From positions 51,111 through 115,110 of the IMG/VR virus record IMGVR_UViG_3300032326_001134: DNA of 64,000 nucleotides. One strand, written 5' to 3'. Below the pieces are notes generated by a model, which was not told the origin of the DNA, searched no databases, and saw nothing but the letters and a program-made list of their open reading frames with translations. Each line of letters starts with the position of its first letter. Position 1 is the stretch's first letter. Shown here one piece after another: positions 17,346-28,642 of the stretch. This DNA comes from a virus. A program made the position numbers and the translations under genes.

Positions 17346-20300
17346 ATGGCTGAAGAACAAATAGTAACCAATATAGTTGCTAAATCTGACTTTTCAAATC
17401 TTATTGTAGATCTTAATAAGGTATCTTCAGCATTAACTGGCCTACAAGAAAAACTTCAAACTACTAATAAAACATTAGCAGCACAAGCTGCTGTAATGAA
17501 TAGATCATTTGCTGAAACAATGAGAAGCACTGGTCAGTTCTCTACGCATTTTGTAAGCTTAAGCTCTGACGTTGATAAATTTGGAAATCAGTTAGATAGA
17601 GGCCAATTAAAACTCGGTAAGTTTTTTCAGACATATAGTCAGCATGTTAAAACAAACGGCGGTCTTATTAGAGATTTAGCAAAACAACAGGTACAGCTAC
17701 AAAACTCTATACTACAACCTTTAGGCAGAAATGCCGAAGGTTTAATGCAATACAATGTTCATATTCCAAGAGGCTTAGATGTAGTTAAAAATAAAACAGC
17801 TATAGCAAAACAAGAATTAATGATCATGAATAAAGTTATTCAGGAAGGTGCTGGACAGTTAATTAACTGGGGTAAAAACACTCAGTGGGCGGGTCGTCAG
17901 CTAACAGTGGGATTAACAGTTCCTATAGCAGCATTTGGAAAAGCATCAGCGGATGCATTTAAAGAGGCGGATCAGCAGCTAGTAAGATTAACAAAGGTTT
18001 ATGGCGGACTATCAGCAGTATCATCAGAAGAACTTGCTAAAGTAAGAAAAGATGTAAGCGATACCGCCTCAGAACTTTCAAAATCTTACGGAACATCTTT
18101 CTCAGACACAATTGCACTTGCAGCAGATATAGCTGCCACTGGACAACAAGGCAATGAGCTTCTTGGCTCTATTAGAGAAACAACAAGACTTGCAGTGCTT
18201 GGTGAAGTTGATAGACAAGATGCAATGAAGGCAACTCTTGCAATACAAACGGCATTTAAACAAAATACAGAAGAGTTGTCTCAATCAATTAACTTTTTAA
18301 ACGCAGTAGAAAACCAAACCTCTACAACACTAAATGACTTAGTGGAAGCAATTCCAAAAGCGGGACCAATTGTTAAAGGTCTTGGAGGAGACGTAAAGGA
18401 TCTTGCTCTTTATTTAACAGCAATGAGAGAAGGCGGAATTAACGCATCAGAAGGTGCAAACGCATTAAAGTCTGGTTTAGCTTCTTTGATTAATCCAACA
18501 AAAGTTGCAAAAGCAATGTTTGAAGGATTTGGAATTTCATTAACTGATATTGTTGAAAGAAACGCTGGAAATACAACAGCAACAATTTTAGAATTCCAGG
18601 CTGCTTTAGAAACTTTAAATCCACTACAAAAGCAACAGGCTCTAGAGCAACTATTTGGTAAATTCCAATTTGCCAGAATGAATGCTCTTTTTGAAAATCT
18701 TGGAAAGCAAGGAAGCCAGACACTCCAGGTAATGGATTTAATGAAAGCCAGCTCAGAAGAGCTAACAGACTTAGCTGGTCGAGAATTAACTCAAGTCACA
18801 GAATCAGCTTCTGGTAAATATCGCAGAGCCGTAGAAGGATTAAAAGCAGACCTTGCTGGAATTGGAGAGCAATTCCTTAAAATTAATACTACTTTAATTC
18901 AAGTTGTAAATGGAATACTTAACTTTGTACAGTCTCTTCCAAACCCAATTAAACAAGCACTAGGATTCTTGGGTATGATAACAGCAGCAGCTGGACCATT
19001 GATTATGTTAACTGGTGTTCTTGGAAACTTTTTTGGATACATAATAAAAGGTGCTTCTCATTTTAGAGCATTATTTAAAGGTGGAGCAGGCTGGAAACTT
19101 CTAACTCCAGAAATTTTAGCTGCACAAAAAGCTGGAAATCTAGTAGAGCAAACATTTTATAGTGATGCCAAAGCAGCGTCAGTATTAAAACAATCAATAG
19201 CAACACTGGCTGCAGAGTTTGCAAACCTAGAACAAAAAGCAATGTCCGCTGCTATATCTGTAAACCCAGTTGTTTCAAGCGGAGGAACTGTAGTTATGAA
19301 TGGAGGAGGCAGAGCTGTTAATGCATCACACCCATTAGCAGGAGCACAGGGAACAAGATCGGCTGCCCACCATAATCCAAGATCATTAATGACTCAATCG
19401 CAAAGAGATTCCCAAACCATACACTCATTCACACCAGCACCAATTCCTTTAAATCAAAAAATAGGTGCGGTCCCACAAATATTTATGGATAGCGATCTTC
19501 CAAGAATTGAAGGATTAACTGCATCTAAAGGAGTTTCAACTGGTATTGTTGCTGGAGAAGCTGCCAAGTGGCATGCATTAATGGGAACGCTATCTATGAT
19601 GTCTAAGAAAGAAGTTGCAGATTTAAAGAAAGAAATTGCTAGAACAGGAACATTTAGCGCAGAAATAAATAGTACATTCGGACAGTTGCTTCCAGCTATG
19701 ACAAAATTGACAAGTAATGCAGCATCACAATCTGCTGCAATTGTTGCAGAGTTGCAAGCAGGTAAATTAACAGTAGATGCAGCTCGCACAAAAATTATTG
19801 CAATTAACGCAGAGCTAGAAAGAATGATGGGGCAAACAACCACACAGGTTGCTACTAGCCTTGGAAGAACTGCCAACTTAACTCAAGTTCCATTAGTAGA
19901 TCAACCAATTGTAAGCAGCACAGGAAAGTCAAATATTAAAGAAATATTTAGACCAAAGAGAGCAGCATCTGGAATTATTGATAAAATAGCAAGAGGTCTT
20001 GGCGTAAGAACATGGGGCGGTGGATATTCAACAGAAACTACAATGCCTAAAAAGTTTGCAGCTGGTGGACAAATTTATGGACCAGGAACTGGAACATCTG
20101 ACTCAATTCCAATTATGGCATCTGCTGGAGAGTTTATAGTTAACGCAAAAGCAACTAAAGAAAACCTACCACTGTTAGCAGCAATTAACGGAGGAATGGG
20201 AAATCAAGACGGCAATTACGCAGAAGGCGGATTCTTACCAGCAACAATGCTTTGGCAAGGAAGCAAGATGAATGCAATATTAGCACATCCAGATCAAGCT

Positions 20301-23300
20301 GGTAGAAGAAAATCTTTAGGGCTTGACACACCCCTAGCAAGTGGTAACACAATTCCTGGTGCAATGTTTGCAAAAGACTTTCAACAAATGCGTAGATCTG
20401 GCGTACACCCAGGTGGAATACTATATGAAATAGGATCACAGTTAGGATATTCCTCAAAAGACTTACAATTTGCAATAAATCCAATGGAAAAAGAAATAAG
20501 AGAGACTTTAATGAAGTCTGGAAATATAACTCCAAAGCAATACGATGAAATTGTTTCTAGAGTAATGCACAGACATCTTCAAAGAGTTACTAGAATGAGT
20601 GCTGCAAAGGGAAGAAGAGTTTCCCTAACAGAAGAGATTGGCTCATTAGGCTTTAAAAGAAATGCAAAAAATAAAGGTGTATTAAAAGGCAGCGTAAGAA
20701 ATATTGGTTTTGATGGACAAAAAGTGGCACAACCATTTGTTTCAACTGGTGGCGGAATACCCGCAGACTCAATGGCGGGCAAGCATTTTGAAAGAATGCA
20801 AGAGCTTTACCCAGAAGAACAAAGAAAGGCAACACCAGCATTTGGTAGAGGAAAAACATTTAAATCAATTTTTGGAGCAGAACGAGGTCACGTTGGAGCA
20901 TCTTTACCATTTGGAGGAATGCCTTACAACTCCGCAGCAAGAGGCATACATCCAGATAAATATTCAATAAATGCCCACGGAAGAAAAACATTTTTAAATA
21001 TGCCATTGCAAAAGTTGGCAAAGGGTTGGGCTAATCCAAGATACGTTGCACCAGATCCAAGATCAATAGCTTTAAGACAAAAATGGATGCGTGGATATAA
21101 AGACGGTGGAATGGTTGGAGGCGGATACGCCCCAAGAAAATATGCACAAGGCGGAATGATTAGACAACAAATTGCTCCAATGCTGGGTGGAACTGCTGGA
21201 TGGATGGGTGGGCAAGCATTAGGATCAATGGTTGGCGGAGACATTGGCGGAATGGTTGGAGGAATGGCTGGATCTATGGTTATTCCTGCAATGATGATGA
21301 GAACAGGAAAAGCCACAGATGAAACTATACCAAAATTAGGAAGATTTAAATCTGCCATCACAGCTATTACAGTTCTACCAGGTCCCGTTAAATTACTTGG
21401 AGCAGTACTAGCTGTAGGAGCAGCAGTTAAAACAGTTAACGATAAAATTAATGAACATCGCAAGATAATTAATTTAGCATTTGGTCCAACAGAAGAGTCC
21501 GCACAAAGGCTTGGTATAAAATATAACTCATTAACAAATCAAATGAAAGATTTTGCCGAACAAACAAAACTAACTAAAGCAAAAATAGAAGAGTTCTATG
21601 CTGCAACACAAAATTCTGGTGTGGCTGGACTAAACCTAACTATAAAGCAGCTCGCAGAGTTAAAAGAAACAGTACGCAAAGACTTCCCAGACTATGTAAA
21701 GATGTTTGACAAAGCAAGTCCTAAAGAGGTTATAATAAAAGCACAGCAATTAAAGGCACAATTTGTTGCTGGTGGAATGAGCGCAGAAGAAGCAACTAAG
21801 AAAATATATGCAATGGTTTCTGTTTCTAATAAAGCAAACCAAGCAGTTCAAGCAATAGCCAATGAGGGATTCTCCAGCATTAAAGATAAAGCCACAGCTG
21901 CAGTTCAATCAGTTAAAGTATTTAATGCTTTATTAAAAGAAGGAAATACTGATCAATTATCTACATCTTTCGATACAGTTATAACTTCTTTACAAGAAGC
22001 TGAAAAAGCGCTTATTGGAACAAAAAATGCTCAAGGACAAATAACAACTAGTGCAGAGGCATTTGATGCTACCTTAAAATCAATTAGCGGAACTAAACTT
22101 GGAAACCTTAAGTTAGATCAAGAAGGAGTAGACGCCTTATCTAAGCAAAATGAAATAATGGGACTTATTTTAAATAAGTCAGATACAGTTGCTGGGGCAT
22201 ATTCAAAAATGAAATTGTATTTAAGCGGAGTAAATCTTGACCTAAAATCAATGGATTCAACCATGGCTAGTCTTGCAGTAAAAGCAGTAAACTTAGCAAC
22301 TCAAAATTTAATTGGTGGAAAGTATAAGGGAATATCTGATGAAATAAAAAGATTAACCGAAGCTGGCACCTCACAGAAAGCAATAAAGACACAACAGAAT
22401 GTTCAAAAAGATTTAGATGCTCAAATTAAAAAGCATCAAAAAATAATTGATAAAATCAAAGAGCAGGCTGACGCCAAGGTAGAAGCATTAAGTAGACAGA
22501 ATGACGCAGAAGACTACAACCTTAAAATTCAAAAGTTACAGATCCAGTATCAGGAAAAACTTGCTTCTGGAGATATGGCTGGAGCTGCACAAGATCAGAT
22601 AGACATACAGCTACTTAGCTCATCTAGACAAAAAGATTTAGCTGTTAATGCTATTAGAGATAAAGAAAAGGCAGACGTAAAGGCACAAGAGTTAATTATT
22701 GAGGGCTTACAAAAGAAACTTGAAGGTTCTCAAAAGGCTGTTAAAAAAGCAACATCTGCTGCTGATGTTTCTTTAAAGAAGGCTGCAGAGTTGCAAACAA
22801 CATTAAACAGTTTAGCTCTTGCAACAGTAAACGCTGCACTTGGAACCATTGATTATAAAGAAATAGCAAATCTTCAAACTCAATTAAAGAAATTTGGATT
22901 TACTAGCGAAGCAAATGCAATTGGTCCACAAAACACTTTCTCAGACGCACGTTCCTCACGAGGTGGAATAAATTCAACAACAACAGGAATACAGTCTATA
23001 GGAAGAGATGCTCTGTCAGAAGTAATTAACGGAAATAAAACATTATCTACAAAAGATAATGCGCTACTAAAATTTTTCATAGAAAATAATGGAGCTGGAG
23101 TAACTGGAAAGTCAATTACAAGGGACTACGGAAATATATCATACAACAAGTGGAACCCAGCAACTTGGGCAAATACTGATAATTTAGCAAAACTTGTAAA
23201 AGAAAATAATCTTAAGAAAAATGATACCTTTACCTATAAAGGAAAAACTTATAAAGTTACAAACACTTCTGGTTTAGTTACAGCAGATGAAATTAAAATG

Positions 23301-23633
23301 GCATCTGGAGGTTTTGTTTCTGGACCAGGGACGGGGACATCAGACTCTATACCAGCGATGCTTTCAAACGGAGAATATGTAATAAATGCAGACTCTGTTA
23401 AAAAATATGGAATGGATACATTCCACGCATTTAATAGTAAAAAATATTCAATGGGCGGACCAGTCACAAGAATGCCTTATGCAAACGGAGGCCCAGTCAC
23501 AAGTAGCGGATCGATGTATAATATAAATGTTACACTTAACGGATCAAACCTTGATCCAAACGATGTGGCAAGAGCAATTCATAAAGAGATGAAGATGCGT
23601 GAGATAGCCTCTGGAAGGAGTAGAACTGTATGA
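17346..23633 (+). CDS. Tape measure protein
   Basis: 2095 aa, Ala/Gly-rich helical; TP901-like TMP core (GRQLTVGLTVP, GANALKS); GPGTGTSDSIP motifs; follows the G/GT chaperones. Confidence 0.95.
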   Translation: MAEEQIVTNIVAKSDFSNLIVDLNKVSSALTGLQEKLQTTNKTLAAQAAVMNRSFAETMRSTGQFSTHFVSLSSDVDKFGNQLDRGQLKLGKFFQTYSQHVKTNGGLIRDLAKQQVQLQNSILQPLGRNAEGLMQYNVHIPRGLDVVKNKTAIAKQELMIMNKVIQEGAGQLINWGKNTQWAGRQLTVGLTVPIAAFGKASADAFKEADQQLVRLTKVYGGLSAVSSEELAKVRKDVSDTASELSKSYGTSFSDTIALAADIAATGQQGNELLGSIRETTRLAVLGEVDRQDAMKATLAIQTAFKQNTEELSQSINFLNAVENQTSTTLNDLVEAIPKAGPIVKGLGGDVKDLALYLTAMREGGINASEGANALKSGLASLINPTKVAKAMFEGFGISLTDIVERNAGNTTATILEFQAALETLNPLQKQQALEQLFGKFQFARMNALFENLGKQGSQTLQVMDLMKASSEELTDLAGRELTQVTESASGKYRRAVEGLKADLAGIGEQFLKINTTLIQVVNGILNFVQSLPNPIKQALGFLGMITAAAGPLIMLTGVLGNFFGYIIKGASHFRALFKGGAGWKLLTPEILAAQKAGNLVEQTFYSDAKAASVLKQSIATLAAEFANLEQKAMSAAISVNPVVSSGGTVVMNGGGRAVNASHPLAGAQGTRSAAHHNPRSLMTQSQRDSQTIHSFTPAPIPLNQKIGAVPQIFMDSDLPRIEGLTASKGVSTGIVAGEAAKWHALMGTLSMMSKKEVADLKKEIARTGTFSAEINSTFGQLLPAMTKLTSNAASQSAAIVAELQAGKLTVDAARTKIIAINAELERMMGQTTTQVATSLGRTANLTQVPLVDQPIVSSTGKSNIKEIFRPKRAASGIIDKIARGLGVRTWGGGYSTETTMPKKFAAGGQIYGPGTGTSDSIPIMASAGEFIVNAKATKENLPLLAAINGGMGNQDGNYAEGGFLPATMLWQGSKMNAILAHPDQAGRRKSLGLDTPLASGNTIPGAMFAKDFQQMRRSGVHPGGILYEIGSQLGYSSKDLQFAINPMEKEIRETLMKSGNITPKQYDEIVSRVMHRHLQRVTRMSAAKGRRVSLTEEIGSLGFKRNAKNKGVLKGSVRNIGFDGQKVAQPFVSTGGGIPADSMAGKHFERMQELYPEEQRKATPAFGRGKTFKSIFGAERGHVGASLPFGGMPYNSAARGIHPDKYSINAHGRKTFLNMPLQKLAKGWANPRYVAPDPRSIALRQKWMRGYKDGGMVGGGYAPRKYAQGGMIRQQIAPMLGGTAGWMGGQALGSMVGGDIGGMVGGMAGSMVIPAMMMRTGKATDETIPKLGRFKSAITAITVLPGPVKLLGAVLAVGAAVKTVNDKINEHRKIINLAFGPTEESAQRLGIKYNSLTNQMKDFAEQTKLTKAKIEEFYAATQNSGVAGLNLTIKQLAELKETVRKDFPDYVKMFDKASPKEVIIKAQQLKAQFVAGGMSAEEATKKIYAMVSVSNKANQAVQAIANEGFSSIKDKATAAVQSVKVFNALLKEGNTDQLSTSFDTVITSLQEAEKALIGTKNAQGQITTSAEAFDATLKSISGTKLGNLKLDQEGVDALSKQNEIMGLILNKSDTVAGAYSKMKLYLSGVNLDLKSMDSTMASLAVKAVNLATQNLIGGKYKGISDEIKRLTEAGTSQKAIKTQQNVQKDLDAQIKKHQKIIDKIKEQADAKVEALSRQNDAEDYNLKIQKLQIQYQEKLASGDMAGAAQDQIDIQLLSSSRQKDLAVNAIRDKEKADVKAQELIIEGLQKKLEGSQKAVKKATSAADVSLKKAAELQTTLNSLALATVNAALGTIDYKEIANLQTQLKKFGFTSEANAIGPQNTFSDARSSRGGINSTTTGIQSIGRDALSEVINGNKTLSTKDNALLKFFIENNGAGVTGKSITRDYGNISYNKWNPATWANTDNLAKLVKENNLKKNDTFTYKGKTYKVTNTSGLVTADEIKMASGGFVSGPGTGTSDSIPAMLSNGEYVINADSVKKYGMDTFHAFNSKKYSMGGPVTRMPYANGGPVTSSGSMYNINVTLNGSNLDPNDVARAIHKEMKMREIASGRSRTV

Positions 23634-24103
23634 GTATAGTAAGTATGCCTAGAGGGTCTATCCTTCAAATTCAAGGATATGACGCATCTGCTAACGGCGG
23701 AGATGGCTCATTAAAGTATAATAAGGTCTCAGAGCATAATAGATCACAGTTTGATATTAGCAATGAGCGTATCGAAAAACAACAAAGAATGGCAAACGGA
23801 ACCCTAAGAAAGTTTTTTGTTGCAGACAAAAAGACGTTTACCTTATCCTGGGACATGTTGCCATCCTATAGAACCTTTACAGTAGACGGAGCCTGGGGAG
23901 CAGAAGACCTAAGAACATTTTATAATAGCGCACAGGGACAATCATCTTTTAATATTAGAGTAAACCTAGCAAAAGACGGAACAAATCAAGAAGCAGCAAA
24001 CTATGAGTCATATACAGTAGTTTTCTCAAACTGTAACTTTACCGTTTTAAAAAGAGGCGCACAGCCATTTTGGAATGTATCAATAACAATGGTACAGGTA
24101 TAA
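23630..24103 (+). CDS. Distal tail (Dit-like) minor tail protein
   Basis: First gene after TMP; RMANGTLRKFFVADK. Confidence 0.6.
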   Translation: MSIVSMPRGSILQIQGYDASANGGDGSLKYNKVSEHNRSQFDISNERIEKQQRMANGTLRKFFVADKKTFTLSWDMLPSYRTFTVDGAWGAEDLRTFYNSAQGQSSFNIRVNLAKDGTNQEAANYESYTVVFSNCNFTVLKRGAQPFWNVSITMVQV

Positions 24104-24104
24104 A

Positions 24105-26126
24105 ATGATAAATGCTTCAACTAACCTAAAGAACACACTTTATAATAATACAAATATTAAAATAAGTGCTGGCTGCCACATAGAATATAATATGAATAAC
24201 CTACTTGACAATATATCTGCCGTCAACAATATCCCAGACTCATCATATACTGGGCAAATAGTTAACTTAGTAAATCAACCAGCGTGGCCATCAGGAAGGC
24301 CAAACCCGTATAAAAAATTATTCCCAGTAGACTCTTTGATAAAACCATTTCGTCCAATTAACTCTGGAATAAAATATTTCATTCTGGCTGACGCAGACAC
24401 ATATACAAATTCATTTTCATCATACAGATCAGTAAAGTACCCAGAAGCTCAGCCAAGAATATACTATCCAGGAGTGGAGACATTTTATAAGTATTGGGTC
24501 ACTCCAATAAATACTGGGGCTAATTTAACAATAAATTATGCAACATCTGGAATCAAATATGCACTTACAAATAAAATTGTTTTAAGATTTGAAAAGAATC
24601 ATGCGCTTCCATCTACCTACACAATAGTTATAACAAAATCAGATGACACACAGATAACCATTGCAAGCTCACTTAGCGTTCCGTCAAATGGAAATATTGT
24701 ATTGCATTACAACGGATCAGCATGGTCTACCATAGAGCCAGAAGTATTTGCTTCACCTATTTCAATAAAATCTATTGCAATAACAACTCCAAGCGCAGGC
24801 GCTGGTAAGATAATTGGAATAATAGAAGTTTCAGCAAGATGGGTAAAAGATGTATCAGAAGACGTACTTTCTTTTACAATAAATAAAGAGTCTTCCGCTT
24901 CTTCAGAAGACCTACTTCCAGTAGGCAAAGTAACTGCAAACTCTTTAAATTTAAATTTAGTAAAGTATAACCAGACGGCACCAGAATATGTTTCATACAA
25001 CAGAGATATAGCGTTATCAAGCTCTCTTACTTATATATATAAAAATGTTGTATTAAATCCATACTTTAAAATATATCATGATAATGGAACATACACTGAA
25101 GGCTTAGAAAAATACGACAAAATATTTCAGGGACAATACTACATAGACAGCTGGGATATAGATAGCTACGGCGCATCTACAATAACAGCATTAGACAATA
25201 CCAAGTACCTCATGGAAACCATAGCACCAGACATGCTATGCGAGTCTTACCCAGCCACAGCAGTGATAAGAAGATTACTAGACTCAGTAGGGTTTACAAA
25301 CTATGCTTTTAATCTTACATCAGAAACAGATTCCTCAATACCATTTATTAATTACTTTTGGACGGACGGAAGTAAAACAGTTTGGGAGCATATTCAAGAA
25401 CTATGCAGAGATATACAGATGAATGCTGTAATTGATGAAAATAACATACTGCAGTTTTATAGTAGAAATTATATGTACGGAAGAACAGATAAGAATTGGA
25501 ATTTTTACTACGAGCAAAATGAAAGCAGTTTACCAAACATTATTAGCTTAAATCAAAAAGACATCGCATCAGCAAATCAGGTTAAAGTTCTATGGTCTAC
25601 TCCAATATCTTCTACTTACCTTGGGGGATCTGGGCCACTTTGGCAATCTCCAACATCATATTTAATTGCAGGCGGTCTAAAAGAAACATTGACAGCATCA
25701 AGTAATAAAATTATATTAGACTTAGAGACACCAGACAATTACAGCAAGTTTCAATCTGGATTTAATTTTAATGGATACTTTATGATAGATTCTGAAATTA
25801 TAGAGTTTGATGCCATAGGGTATCAATATGTTCCAAGGGACCTAACTCCTTCCACAATGTATGACGCCTTAACAGAAGCAAATGTTTTGAATGATGGAAG
25901 ATTTATTAATATATGGATAGAAAATGCTGCTGATGTGAATAAATATAGAAACTTTTCAAAGGTAGGGTCATACAGCATAAGTTCAGAGATATACTTTAAA
26001 CCAAATGGAGTGTATAGAGTTAAAAAACGAGGAGCCCTAGGAACCACAGCAGCATCACATAACGCCAGTGGAGTTCCATCAACGGGGTATGCTTGGACTG
26101 AAACAATGGTGACTCAAAATGCGTGA
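24105..26126 (+). CDS. Minor tail/baseplate hub protein
   Basis: Position; TVWEHIQELCRDIQMNAVIDENNILQFY hub-like segment. Confidence 0.65.
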   Translation: MINASTNLKNTLYNNTNIKISAGCHIEYNMNNLLDNISAVNNIPDSSYTGQIVNLVNQPAWPSGRPNPYKKLFPVDSLIKPFRPINSGIKYFILADADTYTNSFSSYRSVKYPEAQPRIYYPGVETFYKYWVTPINTGANLTINYATSGIKYALTNKIVLRFEKNHALPSTYTIVITKSDDTQITIASSLSVPSNGNIVLHYNGSAWSTIEPEVFASPISIKSIAITTPSAGAGKIIGIIEVSARWVKDVSEDVLSFTINKESSASSEDLLPVGKVTANSLNLNLVKYNQTAPEYVSYNRDIALSSSLTYIYKNVVLNPYFKIYHDNGTYTEGLEKYDKIFQGQYYIDSWDIDSYGASTITALDNTKYLMETIAPDMLCESYPATAVIRRLLDSVGFTNYAFNLTSETDSSIPFINYFWTDGSKTVWEHIQELCRDIQMNAVIDENNILQFYSRNYMYGRTDKNWNFYYEQNESSLPNIISLNQKDIASANQVKVLWSTPISSTYLGGSGPLWQSPTSYLIAGGLKETLTASSNKIILDLETPDNYSKFQSGFNFNGYFMIDSEIIEFDAIGYQYVPRDLTPSTMYDALTEANVLNDGRFINIWIENAADVNKYRNFSKVGSYSISSEIYFKPNGVYRVKKRGALGTTAASHNASGVPSTGYAWTETMVTQNA

Positions 26127-27813
26127 TATATTTCCAATTGGAGGATCTTATACAGAACTAACATTTATTACAAATTTAGTAATAAAACCTCTGTCAGACA
26201 CGTCAGTAGAAATAAATGTAGATACCTACAACTGGTCCATTACACCAACATCATATAATATTTATATACAAAAAAAGATATTTTCGTTAGGGTCTTGGAT
26301 TAATGACCCGTTGTCGTCAGAGGTAATAGTAAGCAAAACAGTAGATCCATTTGTGATTAACAATTTAATTGCTGGGGCAACATATGACTTTCAGGTAGTA
26401 CCATATTCAAATTCAAATATGGGATACGGCGTACAGCAATTAAACTACACAATGCCAAAAACTGGAGGCTCTATGCAAACAGTATCTTCAAAGTTTGCAA
26501 AATCTTACATAGCACTTTCTGTTACAGAGCAACAATACTTAGCAAAAAAATATTCAATAGCCCACAGAGAGTTTCCAGCAATTGTTGTTCCATCAATAAA
26601 AACTGTTTCTAGAACTAATGGAAATGAATATAATGTTGGATACTTTTCTTACGGAACAAGTTTGGTATTAGACAATATGGTTGACAATCCAAAACAAATG
26701 GGAGGGCTCGGCTTCTTTGTCGATAATCTTGGTCAAACTGGATATTACATTATTATTGAATCCACATCCTCGTCATCAGCCCTAGATAAAAAATCTGTTA
26801 GAATTGTAAAGTTTATTGGAAACAAAGTAAAGCCACTAAAAGAAATTGGTACAAGAACAGAATCCATGGTGGACGGAATCTATGGTGGAAGAATTTATAA
26901 TATTGACGTTAAGGTAAAAATACAAAATAGAATTGTAAACATTGATGCATATGTTAATGGATATAAGATAAGCTATCAAGATTCAACTGTAAGAAAAAGC
27001 GGGGCAGTTGCATTGCCAGAAACATCCATACTTCCACCAACAAATAGGGTAGCAATACTATGTGGAAGAGGAGAAGTAGCATTTGACTATGTATACGGAA
27101 ATGAATTAAAAGATTACCAGTACGCAGACGCTGCATTTGATTTAAATTTCTATCAGGGGCAGTTTGGAAATGACTTAATAAATACATCATTTGGAGATCT
27201 TTCATATATGGCAAATTACTCAGAGGACGAGATATCTTCTGGGAACAAAAAATTAACTGCTCTGGATGAGTTTGGAACTGTGGTGAGAGAGATATTAAAG
27301 GTTGATATTAAATACGACTCAAGGCCATCGTACCCTATTAAATGGGGTACAGGAATAAATAAATATGCAAATATTATTGGACAAAAGGTATCTAATTTTG
27401 GAGCCCAAGCTTTCATATTAAATAACACATCAACAACCATACCAGTTTCAAATGGCCTAGAGGCAAGCTTGTACCTATATGGAAACACTCTTGGAAGCTC
27501 TGGAGACTTAGAATATAAAACAGATGGGCTAAATGATTACACCACCGTAGAGCCCATTATTTTCCAGTCAACATGGCTTCAAAATGAGGCAGATGTAAAG
27601 AGTTTAGCAAACTGGATAAAAAGCAATGTTGTTAATAAGGGAAAATTAGTTACCATGAGTATATTTGGTAACCCATTGATTTCAGTAGGAGATATTGTTA
27701 GTATTAAATATACATATTATGGTTTGGCTGGAACCGAAAGCTTTATTGTTACAAATGTAACCCACTCTTATTCTGAAGGATTGGAGACAGAAATTACCTG
27801 TAGAACTTTATAG
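26119..27813 (+). CDS. Minor tail protein with FN3 domain
   Basis: NNLIAGATYDFQVVP FN3 signature; C-terminal GNPLISVGDIVSI hub-type motif. Confidence 0.65.
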   Translation: MRDIFPIGGSYTELTFITNLVIKPLSDTSVEINVDTYNWSITPTSYNIYIQKKIFSLGSWINDPLSSEVIVSKTVDPFVINNLIAGATYDFQVVPYSNSNMGYGVQQLNYTMPKTGGSMQTVSSKFAKSYIALSVTEQQYLAKKYSIAHREFPAIVVPSIKTVSRTNGNEYNVGYFSYGTSLVLDNMVDNPKQMGGLGFFVDNLGQTGYYIIIESTSSSSALDKKSVRIVKFIGNKVKPLKEIGTRTESMVDGIYGGRIYNIDVKVKIQNRIVNIDAYVNGYKISYQDSTVRKSGAVALPETSILPPTNRVAILCGRGEVAFDYVYGNELKDYQYADAAFDLNFYQGQFGNDLINTSFGDLSYMANYSEDEISSGNKKLTALDEFGTVVREILKVDIKYDSRPSYPIKWGTGINKYANIIGQKVSNFGAQAFILNNTSTTIPVSNGLEASLYLYGNTLGSSGDLEYKTDGLNDYTTVEPIIFQSTWLQNEADVKSLANWIKSNVVNKGKLVTMSIFGNPLISVGDIVSIKYTYYGLAGTESFIVTNVTHSYSEGLETEITCRTL

Positions 27814-27818
27814 TTAAA

Positions 27819-27827
27819 TGGTATAAT
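27819..27827 (+). promoter_or_regulatory. Extended -10 promoter (TGGTATAAT), leaderless start
   Basis: TATAAT 27822-27827, ATG 6 nt later, no SD. Confidence 0.6.
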
Positions 27828-27833
27828 AAAAAT

Positions 27834-28631
27834 ATGGCTAAATCAAAAAGAATAGATGTCAAAGATCTAACAAGAGGAGCTATAATTGCTCTCCCAATGG
27901 ATCACCCAGATGCAATACATTTGCACCCAAATGATTATATTGCAATTAAAGCTGGGTCTATCGACTATTCAAGATATTTAAACTCAAATTTATATGCTAC
28001 TGGAGGAGGATCAAATCTTTCCGAGCCAGCTAAAGAGCTAGAGCCAGATGTCCCAGTAGTTGGAGAATCGTTAGACATTCCATCATTGAGCGATATTGAA
28101 AGCATAGTTTATGAGCCGTACTACGACCCAGTACTAAAGGCTCAAAAGGTAAAAGCATTAATTAAAATTAGAAACTCCAGCGATAACCCAGCTAACATTG
28201 CTGGAATAGATTCAAGAATTTTTAATCAAACATCACAGGTCCAGGTTATATCAAATCAAAATTTGTCTTCTATTAGTTTTGTAGAGCCAACGCCAACAAA
28301 GCCTACTGTTGTGTTTAAAAGAGATGGAAGTGCAGTATCGTGGGGATGGAACAATACTTCTGGATTTGGGACATACTCATCTGTTTCGTACGAGTGGATT
28401 GTTAGCACCACAGACTCACCAACTGCTCCTGCTTTAAGTAGCGGTACAATTACATATCCATCTTCTGGAAACTATAAAATTGGAACTAGTAATTATATGA
28501 GACAATATAGAGTTAGCTCAAGAAATGGAGATACCGCATCTTCTTCTTCACCTAGGTGGCTAAGAGTAAGAACGGTGGTAGTTGGTGTAAACGGACAAAC
28601 ATACAGGTCTGCGTACTCAACACCAATTTAA
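27834..28631 (+). CDS. Minor tail protein with C-terminal Ig/FN3-like domain
   Basis: PTKPTV...VSWGW...WLRVRTV pattern; tail cluster. Confidence 0.55.
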   Translation: MAKSKRIDVKDLTRGAIIALPMDHPDAIHLHPNDYIAIKAGSIDYSRYLNSNLYATGGGSNLSEPAKELEPDVPVVGESLDIPSLSDIESIVYEPYYDPVLKAQKVKALIKIRNSSDNPANIAGIDSRIFNQTSQVQVISNQNLSSISFVEPTPTKPTVVFKRDGSAVSWGWNNTSGFGTYSSVSYEWIVSTTDSPTAPALSSGTITYPSSGNYKIGTSNYMRQYRVSSRNGDTASSSSPRWLRVRTVVVGVNGQTYRSAYSTPI

Positions 28632-28642
28632 TAGGAGACAAA

